From the NCBI GenBank assembly GCA_019828565.1, contig JAHDYR010000005.1:719342-783341 (forward strand): a stretch of 64,000 nucleotides of DNA. The letters are read 5' to 3'. Under the pieces are notes generated by a model. That model saw nothing but the letters and a program-made list of their open reading frames with translations, made no database searches and was not told the DNA's origin. Position numbers and translations under genes: made by a program. Source of the DNA: Carpediemonas membranifera BICM (lineage: Eukaryota > Protista > Fornicata). Position 1 is the stretch's first letter. Each line of letters opens with the position of its first letter. This document shows, one piece after another, positions 13,101 through 24,830 of the stretch.

Positions 13101-13926
13101 CAAACTGCGGCTTGCCACTGAGCGGCGTCTCTTCCCCTCGCTTCCGGATACCGCTACGGCCGCTGGTGTCTACTCCTGAGCTATTCCATGCCGCTTGCCA
13201 CACCACTGGTGCCTCTGGTGCCTGCAGTCTCAGGATGTCTCTTGCCTCTTCCATGTACCTGGTGATGGGCCATGCCTCCGTGTCTTCCAGGTCCAGTAGA
13301 ACTCTGAAGGTGCCATCCTCTTGCTCTATGGCTACTCTGGTGATGGGTCCTCTGTTGGACGGGTCCCACACTTGCTCGCCGCTGAGGCACTCGGGGGCTT
13401 CATCCTCTGCTGTCCCTGTGATGACCGAGTACATGCCAGTCTCTCTGTTTTCGACGCTGTCTCTGACGTTGTCCCACTGAATGGGGTTCTGGCCTCTGGG
13501 TTGCAGGACTGCTTGTTCGATGGACTGCTCCTTGGGCCATCTGGCCATGTCCTTGTGCCCTGGTCTCACTGATGTGGGCTCGTTAGAGCTGGCGATGCGC
13601 TGAATCTCTGCTTCTCTGGGGTCTAGGGCCTCTGTTACCATGATGAAGAGGTCGCGAAGCCCGTGGATGCCGTTCGGATGTCTGAGGATGGTGTCCCTGT
13701 TGTCGGTCACTCCTGAGGCTGTGAGGATCCTTCTGACGTTGGTTAGTACTTCCTTGCGGGCTGTGGAGCTTGCGCCGAAGGACTTTTCGGAAAAGTCGTC
13801 ACTTCTGCGCAGTAGTAAGGTCCGGGCGTTTCCTTCCTTGATCAGGTAGCTGTCTAGTAGTTCTCTGATGGTACTCCACTGTTTTTGCGTAGATTCTCTG
13901 GTTTTCTCTGATATTTCTACCTGCAT
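10147..13926 (-). CDS. Element B ORF1 (~1250 aa, frameshifts near 12000 and 11400) with Maelstrom-like exonuclease domain at ~12020-12670
   Basis: ORFs 11962-13926, 11373-11777 and 10147-11337 align in order with C ORF1; AIDFEC, PVEGG, AKGKHME, CPYHSHTAGCYHCALAD. Confidence 0.82.
10770..11085 (-). repeat. Degenerate 24-bp / 8-aa tandem repeat (DRE[IVA]RRP-like, ~12 copies) in B ORF1
   Basis: DREVGHQV DREARRSV DQEVRRPT GREIGHPT HREAIHLA DREARRPA DYEVRRPI AREADQPT ERDIRHPD DREAGRLI DREIRRPE. Confidence 0.8.
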
Positions 13927-14520
13927 TCACTGTGCCGTTTTTGTGCGTATGAAAAAAGGTTGGCGAATGCATCGTCCTGAAAATCGGTCAGCGTGGCCTT
14001 GTGCGGCTCCTGTAACTGTGTAGGGGTCTCGGTTTTCTTCTTTTTCTCTGGTTCGGCCGTAAACTGCGTTACGGCGAAATGGCGCACTGTCCAAAAATGC
14101 ACGCTGATTTTCTCGCTGGGTGGTCTCTGGATTTTAGGACTGACTTCGCCCTAGGTAGTGCCTACATGAGGGCTATCTTTGGTCTCTGTGCCTCTGCTTG
14201 ATCACTCCTCCTTCACCGTGAACATGCCAAAAACCAAAAGTGGTCGCGGCTTCTCGGTGTTCTCTGTGGGTTTCCCTGCTTTCTCTGTTAAATCTCTGTT
14301 CATTGTACTCTTGTATTGTCTCTGTGTTGGGCGTGGAGCTCCCACTCGCGCCCGGCGGGGATCCATGAATGCACCTATGAGTTTGGCGGACAGGAAGCTG
14401 AGGCCGCTCCTTCTGAGCTGATGGGGGCGCTGTACCAGTTTACTGGGACAGGCCGTTGGCCTTTTGTCCATCCCCGAACATAGTCTTTCGACTTAGCTGA
14501 ATTCGATGGCGGACTGAGAA

Positions 14521-17081
14521 GTGTGGGAAGGGCAGACACCTGGCACAGTTCTGTAAGTCCAGTGTAAATCCGTCCTCCTATTTAACTCCCGCAACCGTCA
14601 AGACAACCCCTCAGGTGTGGACCGTAATTTCTGGTGGTCCCAACCTCCCGGTAGTATCGGCAGATATCACCGCACATTTTGGAGAGTCCGTGACTTGGAA
14701 GCTCGTGCTATATGACTGCGGCGCAGATGTCTGCTTGGTCAACCCCGACAAGGCCGCGTTGGCGGGCCTAACGCCGACCAAGTTGCCTGTGCCGATCAGG
14801 ATCAAGAGCCCAGGCGGGTACATCACGGCTCACACGTCTTATGAGATTCCGCTTCACATTGCCAAGTCTCCCATGACTCCCAAGGGACTCCGGGATACGA
14901 TCACGGCATACGGAATCTCCAGCGACTGCGACCTAGTTCTCAGCTACGGTATCATGGTTGCGTGGGACATCCTGCCATCCCTCGGCGCCGAGTCAGACGA
15001 AGTGGACGACGACGCAGAGCTTCCCGAACTTGACTCATCCGAGCGTCAGTTTTACACACTCTCAAGCACTTCACAGTCACTGCAGGACCGGCTAGTGGCA
15101 CGCTACGCTGATACGTTTAAGCCCCGAGTCAGTTTCAGCAAGCTGGAGCCCTACGACTTAGTCCTTCGGGACAACCGAGTTGTCTCGAGTCGACCCTATT
15201 ATATACCACCGCCGAAAGAGCCATTGGTACAAGCTCACATCGACGAGCTCCTACAGAAACGCTTCATCGAAGCATCCTTCTCGCCGTACTCGTCCCCCAC
15301 GATCATCGTTCCCAAGGGGAAGGACAAGACGAGATTCGTGGTAGACTTCAGGCGGATTAACGACTTAACCGACCCTTTCGACTATCCAATCCCTAAGATT
15401 GACGAGTGTCTCGCCCGCCTCGCGGGTTCCACGATCTTCGCGACCCTCGACCTGTCGAGCGGTTATCATCAGGTGGAACTCACCGAGCGCTCACGTCCCT
15501 TAACCGCGTTCAATACGCCTATGGGGAAATATCATTACACGGGAATGCCGTTCGGTCTCAAGAATGCTGGTGCCCATTTCCAGTGGGCGATGGAGACCGC
15601 TTTCGGCGACCTGGTCGGTAAGGCCTGTATCATATATATTGACGATATCATCGTCTTCGGACGTGATGAGGGACAGTATCTTCGCAACCTCAACAGCGTG
15701 CTGGCTCGCGCGCAGCAGTTTGAACTGCTCCTCAACCGCGAGAAGTCCCATTTTGGCCTCGCCGAGGTCGAGTTCCTCGGTTGGTTAGTCTCCGGATCGG
15801 GTTACAAGATCGCACCTGACCGGATCCACGACGTCATGCAACTGAAATTACCAAAAACTAAGCGTGGCGCCCAAGCCCTGATGGGGTTCCTTAACTATAT
15901 GCGAGACTTCGTTCCCCACTTCGTGCCGATAGCGTTCCCACTCCAGCAAGCAGCTTCAGGGAAGGCAGAACCAGGGGGACCGGGTCAGGCAGAGGCCTTG
16001 GCCAAGATGAAAGACATCCTATGCTCTGCCCCTGCCCTTGAGCTATTCGACGTCAACAAGGATCATGTCGTAATGACTGACGCCTCCGATCTCGGCGAAC
16101 GATCAGATCTCAGCTACTCACCTCCTGGGCAATGCCCACCTACCCATCTACACGACGCTCGAGCGCTTGCGCACCCAGGGCCTTAAGGCCCCGGTCGAGC
16201 GGGTTGCTGAGGTGATCAAAGCATGTCCCATATGCCAACTGACTACCAGGCCGACTGAGGCCACCCGTCCCTATCTCCACACAGCTACGATTAAGCCTTT
16301 CGAAAGTGTGGCGATGGACACCATCGGGCCGTTGCCCGAGTATAATGGCTACAGGTACATACTGGTGGTCGTCGATATGGCTTCCCGACTGACCGAGCTG
16401 GTTGCGCTCCGGTCTACCCGTGCCGACGAGGCCGTCAGGGCGTTCACCGACTCATGGGTGCTGCGGTACGGCGCGCCCAAGGTCTTGCAAACTGACGGCG
16501 GCAGCCAGTTCAACAACAAGCTGTTTCGAGAGCTGGCGGTGCGGGTCGGGTTCACGCCACACATTACCACGGCCTACCACCCCCAATCAAATGGGCTGGT
16601 AGAGCGGGCCAACGCCACGGTACTCCGCATCCTCAAGGCTCGCAAATACGAGCTTGAGTCCGAGGATTGGGTCGAGTCCCTTCCTGTGGCGCGTTTCCTG
16701 GTCAACTCGGCGCCCCGAGCGGCGACCCGTCTGACCCCCTATGATGATGAGATCATTTATGGAACAACGTTCATGGTCCCGGGTGAAGTGTTGGTCACGA
16801 CTGAGTCGGACTCGCGACCGGCTCAGGACCTCCTGGAAGCAGTGCAGCTGGCACGTGATCTAGCCGCAGCGCGGATCCAGGCTATGCGCGACGACGCGAT
16901 GCAGGCAGCGTCAGGACAGACTCCCATTACGTCACCCTATGTGCTAGTTAAGTACCCGAACAACCCCGCGAAGGAATTGAAGATCCCGGCCGAGAGGGTT
17001 CGGGCATTCGTGGGCGACATATCGCGGGACAAGGCCCAGAGGCTGGCGGCAACGTCGGACTCAGAGTATCTGGTTGAGGAG
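14521..17081 (+). mobile_element. Gypsy-1 chromovirus segment: end of gag knuckle, protease, RT, RNase H stub (internal deletion), integrase
   Basis: LYDCGA, VVDFRRIN, LDLSSGYHQ, MPFGLKNA, YIDD, TDAS, then a jump to H..H..CPIC, MDTIGP, TDGG, NGLVER. Confidence 0.92.
17066..17081 (+). repeat. Left 16-bp TSD of element C (right copy 25736-25751)
   Basis: gtatctggttgaggag on both sides; removing C restores the Gypsy-1 frame EYLVEEILD. Confidence 0.93.
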
Positions 17082-17678
17082 TTCACCAATGATTTCAGCA
17101 AAGTGGAAACACTTCGATCATGGATGGACAAGGACCAACAGGCCTGGCCTATATGGATAGGGCAGTGCCCCATGGAGCTCAGAAGGAGCGGCCTTGGCCT
17201 CCTGTCTGAACATTCAAGGGTTGCTATCAGGGCATACCGCTGGGCGCGAGTGGGAGCTCCACGCCCATACCAAGGAATCAAAGTGTCTTCATGGAACGTA
17301 TGTTTACAAGGAAAAGGAAAACAACCGTCGAGGGCCAGTGCTAGCACCGGCGGCTACATGGTTTTGTCAAGACCACAAGGAAGGAAGGGCAGCACAAAAG
17401 GGAAACAGGGGCCGTCGATAGAGGCTAAAAAGGAGACTACGAACAAAGCAACAACAACTACACAGAAAGGCCCCGCTACTCAGAAAAGGGCGACGCATTT
17501 TTAGGACCGCGCCTTTTTGAAAGAATGGCCTATATAGTACGGAGCATGGACAATGGGAGAAACTGGAAGGCCTGGACGGAGACCTCACCCGGATATGTAC
17601 ATGTGGCCCGACTTTCGGACCCAAAAATTCCGACCCAGTTTATGGACTAGGAAAAGGGGAGAAATTTTGCACTCAACA

Positions 17679-20600
17679 ATGCAGGTAGAAATACCGACAA
17701 GGATCAGGGATTCCACGCAGAAGCAGTGGGAGGACATCAGGGAACTACTGGACAGCTTCCTCGCTGAAAGGAACGATTCAAGGACTCTACTTCTTCGTAA
17801 GAACAGGCAAGTTTACAGGAAAGTCGCTCAATGCGAACTCCAAAGGACGCAAGGAAGTAATCATGAACGCCAGACGCATCCTCTTCGCAACCGGCGTCAC
17901 TGACAACAAGGACATCATCCTCAGGAACCCATGCGGCATCCACGGCCTCCGCGACCTTTTCTACATGCTCACAGAGGCGCTCAACCCCAGAGACGAGGAA
18001 GCAAAGGACATGGCACAGGCACTGGAGCCCAAGACGCTGAAAGCGGGCTTCACTGGCATGGCAAGATGGCCATCTGAGAAGGACATCGAGACGGCGATCC
18101 TCAAGCCGAAGGAAGATGGGCCCATCGAATGGGATGTAGACAGGGACAGCGTCAAGAAGGCCGAAGGGTCGTTCATACTGGTATCAGGGGCTCATGGAGA
18201 CGAGGCCGTAGAAGGCGTGCCTTACGACAAGGTATGGGATCCGGCAAACCAAGGCCCGGTCACCAGAGTGGCCTACGAGCAAGAGGACGGCAAGTACAGG
18301 GTCATCCTAGAGCTAAGCGACACGTCAGCATGGTCCATCAGCCGCTTCATGGAGGAGGCTAGGGACATCCTCAGGCTTCAGGCACCGGAGGCCCCGGCCA
18401 TATGGCAGGCAGCATGGAACAAGTCAGGGATCTACCTGAAGGGCAGAACCAATATCCTGGGCGAAGGGGAGGAGACCCCCTTAGCAACGAGCCGCCGTTC
18501 CGGAAGGTGAGGCTGGAAGTGCTCAAGGCCACCTCGGTCCGCAGCAATAGGGACGAACATGCCGATCTGGACAGGTCGTCCGCTAGCACGGTCATCGACG
18601 GAGACGAGGAGCAACATGTCAAGGACAAGGAGGAACGACGCCAGCAGGCCACCATGCCCGGCAGAAGAAGCCTCGACGACAGCCTCCTGGAAGTGAACAA
18701 GGACATGGTCGGGGCCAACCAAGGCAAGATCGACCAGGACGAGGAGGTCGACTCAAACAAGGTCAGCAGCCAGCCGCCGAGGATGCCTAGAAAGGACAAG
18801 GAGAAACGACTGGTGATCGGAGCCATCGACTTCGAGTGCGCAGACCCTGGCGTCAAGAAGGCAGGGATCCCTGCCATCCCGGTTGAGGGCGGGATCGTAC
18901 TCTTGACCTCAGCACTGGGGACATTCTTGGACACGGGCATGGCCTGTATTACCAGGACATACCGGCAGCAAGCATGGACCAAGCGAGGTACACGGCATGG
19001 GCAGTGACGGGGCTGCCGCCGGCCACCTTCGTGGAGGTCGGGACGGGGCGGCCGCCGATCGAGTATGAGAAGCACATACATACTTTCAGGGACTGGGCCA
19101 ACCGCCTGGCGGCTCAGCTGGCAAGGATCGAAAGGTCGGAGGGTTGGAAGATAATCATGTATGCAAAGGGGGTGGAGATGGAAAGCTTCCTCCTCACGAA
19201 CCCCACAAATGGACTGGAGCAAGGAACCAGGGAATTCTTCCAAGCTAGGCTGGTGGACGAGAAGAAGCTACCAGAGATCCTGGAGAACAACGGCAAGGAG
19301 GAGGCTGGCCAAAACCTCAGGGACAACCTCGACAAGGCCAACTACCTGGAAGCAGTAACAACATGGTCAAATGGATGGCAGAACAGGAGCGAGCCCAAGG
19401 GAGTCTGTCCGTACCACAGACACACCGCGGGTTGCTACCACTGTGGGTTGGCGGATACAGTAGTCTTCACAGCCAGGATCAGGGCCCTATGCAAGGAGAG
19501 GATGAGCACCCCAGACGTCTACCACTACATGGGTAAGGCACTCGACAAGACCATGGAAGCAGTCGGGAAGGCGGAGCCGGGCATGGATATCATGGGAGGC
19601 CCGGAATTCGCGACAAGGAGGGACACCTTTGAGATCTTCGGCACGTACCCGATCGGGGACGCAAGGGACGTCAGCAGGGAAGTCGGCGACAGGATCCTCG
19701 TAGTCCCGGACAACGGACACCGCTTCGGCATCGGCTTCGGGTTCGGGGAGGTTCTGTTGGGCATGAAGGGCATCTTACTGGCCCCCTCACAATCATGGAC
19801 AACGAAGGTGTACTGGAGAGAAGCCCGCTATGGACCATCATGGAAGAGCCACGGCTAACCAGCTCCGCATGGTACGCGTCAGGAAGGGCCTAGGGGCAGC
19901 AAGGGAGGAGGACATCATAACCATGGCCATGCTATACGAGTGGTGGCCCTCGAAGGAGGCTACGGCTCATCAAGGAGTCTGGGGCTGCGACGACCTAGCA
20001 GAGAGCCTCAGGGACTATGAGAAGGTCATAGTCAACGTCAAGGCCCCCAGGAACAGGGGTAGGATCACCCTAGGGGCGAGCTTCATCCCGAGAGACTGGG
20101 GGCATGGTCAGGGTCAGCGAGGCTGGGACCATCCTAAGCCGCATGCGCAAGGAAGGGGCCAGACTAGTCTCGGCAGCTATCCCGGACGAGCCCAGAGCCA
20201 ACACAGTCAATGTCCCAGGCATCACGTATGTCCCCACCATCGACGGAAAGTCCGAACAGCCATACCAAAGTAGGTTCTTCGACAACGGCCTGGAGGAAAA
20301 GGCGAGGCGGATTAGAACCAGGATGGTGGGCAGGCACTTCGGCCAGGACGCGGATCAAGGACATCACGACCAGCATGGAGACGGGGAAGAGGACAGAAGG
20401 GTAGGACACGGAGCCGGCGGTAGAGCTGGTGTCAGAGCTGACGACAGAACCGGCGACAGAGCTGGTAACATGAACAGGACCTCGGATCGTAACCACGGAG
20501 GAGACGACAGGGAGAGACAGGACAACACGGGAACGCAGATGAGAGGCTCGTTCAGCGGGAACACCTGGGCCGGTAGAGGCTCAGAGGGAGGCATGGACAA

Positions 20601-21066
20601 CAGCAAGGATCACTCTTCCTCCACGACGCTCAAGCGCAAGGAGGGCAGCACGAGTAGGATCATGGACTCGGACAGCGGAAAGAGAAGCAGGCACGAAGAG
20701 GACATGGACTGGGAGTCTGGAAGCAGACAGGCAACCGGCATGGACTCGGAGAAGCTGCGGCTCCGAAAGCAGTTGGCAGAGGCGCAACAAGAGATCTCAG
20801 CGCTCAAGGCTGCCCGACTCATGCAAGAGCAAGGCCACGGAAGGTTGGTGCTCTCCGGCGTCGCGACTAAGCCCAGCAAGGAGAAGCCCACGATCCCCCG
20901 GCACAAGCACAAGAAGGCTAAGAAGGCCAAGCAGATCTCACCCATGGACCTGATGACCCAGTTCATCACGGTAATGCAGAGTCTACAAGGACAGCAAGTG
21001 AGTCAGGCCGAGGACAGCTGCAGCGGCAGTGGGGGAGTCCACGGAGGAGGAGTAAGGACATGGTAA
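17679..21066 (+). CDS. Element C ORF1 (~1130 aa, several frameshifts) with Maelstrom-like exonuclease domain at ~18810-19460
   Basis: Starts MQVEI as in B; consecutive ORF pieces colinear with B; AIDFEC, PVEGG, AKGVEME, CPYHRHTAGCYHCGLAD; coiled coil QLAEAQQEISALKAAR. Confidence 0.82.
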
Positions 21067-21386
21067 AGCAGTATTCTTTCAAGGAACAAGCAACATTTTC
21101 TTTATAATTCACAAGCCCTGGCTCCCACCCAGGGCCCGGCATTAGCTGAAATGCACTGCCGGTAGGCTGTAGCGGCAGCCAAAGGGGGGTCACGTCATAT
21201 CGTCCCCCTCCTAAGTACCCTGCCCGAAGAATGGAAGGTCACCAGGTGGTAACAAGGTTGGCCTGACAAGGGTCACCGAGACCGGCATCTAGGCCCCTTG
21301 TTAGGACAAGGATAGCAGGAGAGGAGCGGGAAGCTGGGGCTCCCAAATTCTGGGAATTCGCAGGATAAGGACACAGGACAAAGGCA

Positions 21387-24300
21387 ATGGTAACCTACAA
21401 GATACTTAGTCTGAACACAGAGGGACACATAGGAAGAGGAAAGGACTTCACGGCGTCTATGGCAACGGCGATTCAGCTAAGGTTGAAGGACATAGAGGCA
21501 GTACTCATACAAGAGACATGGAGAACGGCGAATACGAGGGTTCATTGCTTCATGGACCTTGACTACGCACTAGCAGGGAGGGAGACGGAAGAGGACCTGG
21601 TCTTAGCCAACGAAAAACGAAAGGCGGATGTCAAAAGTCAGCACCGCATCAACCGACAACTAGGCATAGCAGGCAATGACGAACCTGCGCCAAGATGGAA
21701 GGGAACAAGGGAAGGCATCGGCACGATAGTGAGCCCACACGCAACTGCAAAGTGGGACATCGGCATAACGGACAGCCTATCGGGAAGAGTGCAAGCCAGC
21801 ATAATGAGAACCGGCAGGGACATACTAGTCATCAACGTGTATGGCCCTCCATCCGGCCACAGCAAGCAGGAGAAGGATGGATTCAGGGACACTATACAGA
21901 AGATCATGGACATGAAAGGGAGCATGGAGGCCATAATTATGGGAGACTGGAACATCGACCCAGGCCAGATGGAAAGATCCACCCGGTGGAAGGATATGAT
22001 GGAGAAGCACAGGCTCAAAGCCATCATACCCAAGTCTGGGACGCTCACATCAGGAACATCAACCCCGGACTTTGCAGTGACAACACCAGGAATCCAGGGG
22101 GCGGAGATTGAGGTGGTAGAGTCTCAGAAGGTCGGGGTATGGGGCTCAGCACACAATGGAATCACACTAGCATGGAAGGAACAACGGTACTATGGCAGAA
22201 GTGAGCGAGACGTGGCTCTGGCCATACCCGAGGTGCACACCTGGCCCATGAAAAAGAAGGAGGGGCCAGTCACAGTCTCAAAGCTGAACAGGATCAAGAG
22301 CTCGGACCAATGGGAAGAGACTATAAGAGCATGCATGGGCGACCCAGTGAACAACAGGGGAGCAAAGGCAAGGGACAAAGTGTTCGGGAACGGAGTGTGG
22401 AGCGAACTCCAGCGAACCCCATGGACAGAAATAGGCAACAGGACCAGGAAGGAAAGGATGAAAGAGGAGCTGGAGAAATTCTGGGGAGAGCGCAGGGCCA
22501 AATGGGTGGCCGACATCAGCAGAAGTGCAAAAAGGGGGTATAGGGCCTCAAGGGCCTCAGTGGAAGCTGCCATCAGAAGGTGGTGGTGTGACAACCAATA
22601 CAAGGGAATGCCGGAGAGCCTCCTCAAGGACGGAGTGATAACCACGGACAAGGCGGCCATCAGCGAGATCCTCTTGCAACAGTATGCTAGAGTCAGCAGA
22701 GGCAGGGAACCCACCTGGAAGACATGGAGGGGCAGGGACGGAAATGAGTTCAAGGAAAGCGAGGTCAAAGCCGCAATCAAAAGGATCAGGAGGGACACCG
22801 CACCAGGGCCTGACCTCACATCTGGAGACATGCTGAGAGAGCTGGATGAGAAAGGCCTTAGGGAAGTGACGAGGCTCATCAACAGGGTCTACAGGGAGGG
22901 CGACGTACCCAAAGCATGGAAGTATGCCACAGTGTCGGCCATACACAAGACAGGGAAGCCAAGGGTCAAGCCGGAATCATATAGACCAATATCCTTGACA
23001 CCACTGCTGTACAGGGTCTATGGTAGACTGCTCAAGATACGTCTGGAAGCAGCAACGAAAAGGTTCATACCAAGAGAACAGGCTGGTTTCCAGTCAGACA
23101 GGGACGTCATCCAGCAGATACAGTACATTGTGCAGCGGCACCAGGAGGGGGGTGAGACCACGTCAATCTTTCTGGACATCGAGAAGGCATATGACACGGT
23201 ACCAAGGGACATTCTCATGGATAAGCTACAGGGTATGGGGGTGGAGGAGCACTTGATCAGGGCAATTCAAGGCACAATAAAGGAAACCTGGATATCAGTC
23301 AAGGGGGCAAAGGCATGGGAAAGAACCAACAGGGGAGTTAAGCAAGGGTGCGTCCTGGCACCGACACTGTTTGTGCTGTTCATGGCTAACTGGCCCCACC
23401 TGGCCAGAAAGAAAATCAAGGGAGAACGGTACGACATCAGAGAACCGCCAAGGACCACGAGCCACCTCAGCGACCGACTACCGGCAGCACTTACCATGTT
23501 TGTGGATGACACTGCGGTCACAGGGAGCAAACCGGAGCATAGCCAGATCGTCGCCAACATAATGGTGGACATAATCAGAGAGCATGAAATGAGGGTGAAC
23601 GCCCAGAAGAATGTAATGATTAGCGTGGACAGAACAGCCCTAGTCAGGATCGAGGGGGTAACACTACTGCCAGAGAAGGAGGCGAGATACCTGGGATTAT
23701 GGATCGCAAGTGGGAAGGACCCTATGTCGGCCTGCATAAGGCGGAAACAGGAGCAGAGCGAAAGGTACAAGAGACTGGTGAGATGGGCAGGGTGGACCAG
23801 GGCAAACATGCCAGCACTAGCGAGCAGGCTACTACTGGAAATATATATATGGCCCAGGATCCTCTTCGGAGTCGAGGTGTGGGGGAACGCACCGGGAGGT
23901 AGAAGGATCTGGAATGACTGGCAGGGAATCATGGCAGGAACAGGACCGGGAGGGGGCGCAGCCATGAGGCTGATGAATGGATGGGTGGACCTCCAGGCAC
24001 ACATGGAATGGCTGGCAGTCAAAAGGATAGTCAACTACAGGGACCAGGATATACCAGTCAGAAACAGAGAATGGGGGCGGGGCACGGTTATGTGGGAAGC
24101 TAGGGAGAGAGTGCAGCATCTACTGGAGGGCACCAGAGAGGGAGCCCCTAAACCAGCGCTACTGGATTATGGCATGGAAACGATCAGGAGGGGGTGGATG
24201 AAGCGGTGCAAAAGCCGTACGGCACTAGGACTAATGGAAATCATGGGGACAAGGAAATTAAGCAAGTGTCTGCAAGGTAAGCCTACGGTAGACCGAAAGG

Positions 24301-24830
24301 CTGGGAAGGGGCAAAGCAGGGCGGAATGGAAGAGAATTGTATCCATTGCAGCCAATGTCAGCCCATCCCCATCGTCGGCAGAGAGAGGGGAGGGCCCTAT
24401 GAGAGCCATCACAGAGCTGGCCCAAGGCGCTGACCTGAAGAGAGAAATTAGCAGACTATGCCCCCTATGCTCGGAGGAGTCGGAGGTGAGCCTGTTCTAC
24501 AGGATCATTAGGGAAAAGCCAGGACCAGCAAGGAAGCAGGAAATGATCAGGGAGTGGGCAGAGGGCCAGAGGCTAGGATCGGCAGCGCACATAATCTGTG
24601 AATGCCCGGCAGTAGACAGGGGAGAAGCTTGGACAAAGCTGTGGACAGCAGCGAAGCACAAAACTAAGGACTTGGAAGTAAGGCAGGGCCCCCAGGGCGA
24701 ATGGTACCAGGAAAGACCCATCCTAGAATTACAGCAACTAATAATATGGGGCTCGGAGGACATTTGGGAAGGCCTCACGGCAGGACTACGGGAACTGGCA
24801 AAGGTTTACAACAGCTTCAAGGTGGAATAG
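21387..24830 (+). CDS. Element C ORF2, 1147 aa: APE endonuclease, reverse transcriptase, C-terminal Zn finger
   Basis: Open ORF; SLN, QET, GDWN, TPDF, SAH; APGPD, YRPISL, QAGF, LDIEKAYD, GVKQG, FVDD, YLG; CPLC...HIICEC. Confidence 0.96.
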   Translation: MVTYKILSLNTEGHIGRGKDFTASMATAIQLRLKDIEAVLIQETWRTANTRVHCFMDLDYALAGRETEEDLVLANEKRKADVKSQHRINRQLGIAGNDEPAPRWKGTREGIGTIVSPHATAKWDIGITDSLSGRVQASIMRTGRDILVINVYGPPSGHSKQEKDGFRDTIQKIMDMKGSMEAIIMGDWNIDPGQMERSTRWKDMMEKHRLKAIIPKSGTLTSGTSTPDFAVTTPGIQGAEIEVVESQKVGVWGSAHNGITLAWKEQRYYGRSERDVALAIPEVHTWPMKKKEGPVTVSKLNRIKSSDQWEETIRACMGDPVNNRGAKARDKVFGNGVWSELQRTPWTEIGNRTRKERMKEELEKFWGERRAKWVADISRSAKRGYRASRASVEAAIRRWWCDNQYKGMPESLLKDGVITTDKAAISEILLQQYARVSRGREPTWKTWRGRDGNEFKESEVKAAIKRIRRDTAPGPDLTSGDMLRELDEKGLREVTRLINRVYREGDVPKAWKYATVSAIHKTGKPRVKPESYRPISLTPLLYRVYGRLLKIRLEAATKRFIPREQAGFQSDRDVIQQIQYIVQRHQEGGETTSIFLDIEKAYDTVPRDILMDKLQGMGVEEHLIRAIQGTIKETWISVKGAKAWERTNRGVKQGCVLAPTLFVLFMANWPHLARKKIKGERYDIREPPRTTSHLSDRLPAALTMFVDDTAVTGSKPEHSQIVANIMVDIIREHEMRVNAQKNVMISVDRTALVRIEGVTLLPEKEARYLGLWIASGKDPMSACIRRKQEQSERYKRLVRWAGWTRANMPALASRLLLEIYIWPRILFGVEVWGNAPGGRRIWNDWQGIMAGTGPGGGAAMRLMNGWVDLQAHMEWLAVKRIVNYRDQDIPVRNREWGRGTVMWEARERVQHLLEGTREGAPKPALLDYGMETIRRGWMKRCKSRTALGLMEIMGTRKLSKCLQGKPTVDRKAGKGQSRAEWKRIVSIAANVSPSPSSAERGEGPMRAITELAQGADLKREISRLCPLCSEESEVSLFYRIIREKPGPARKQEMIREWAEGQRLGSAAHIICECPAVDRGEAWTKLWTAAKHKTKDLEVRQGPQGEWYQERPILELQQLIIWGSEDIWEGLTAGLRELAKVYNSFKVE

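Larger units (their letters stand above)
9573..14520 (-). mobile_element. Non-LTR retrotransposon B, 5' part (leader, ORF1, spacer, start of ORF2); inserted in the Gypsy-1 gag Zn knuckle
   Basis: Leader, ORF1, spacer and ORF2 start are all homologous to C. The sequence right of 14520 reads CGKGRHLAQFC, the second half of a CCHC knuckle. Confidence 0.88.

Noticed and set aside
14202-14471. Conserved upstream ORF (MDK..LRRSGL..ARVGAPRP) in the B and C leaders
   Set aside because: The frame is broken in D, and the substitution pattern fits base pairing better than codons; not fully excluded.
14329-17266. B and C leaders as terminal inverted repeats of one composite element
   Set aside because: They are diverged 5' ends of two independent insertions; C has its own TSD.
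16167-17504. Integrase with a long novel C-terminus
   Set aside because: Chance read-through from Gypsy-1 into the leader of element C after 17081.
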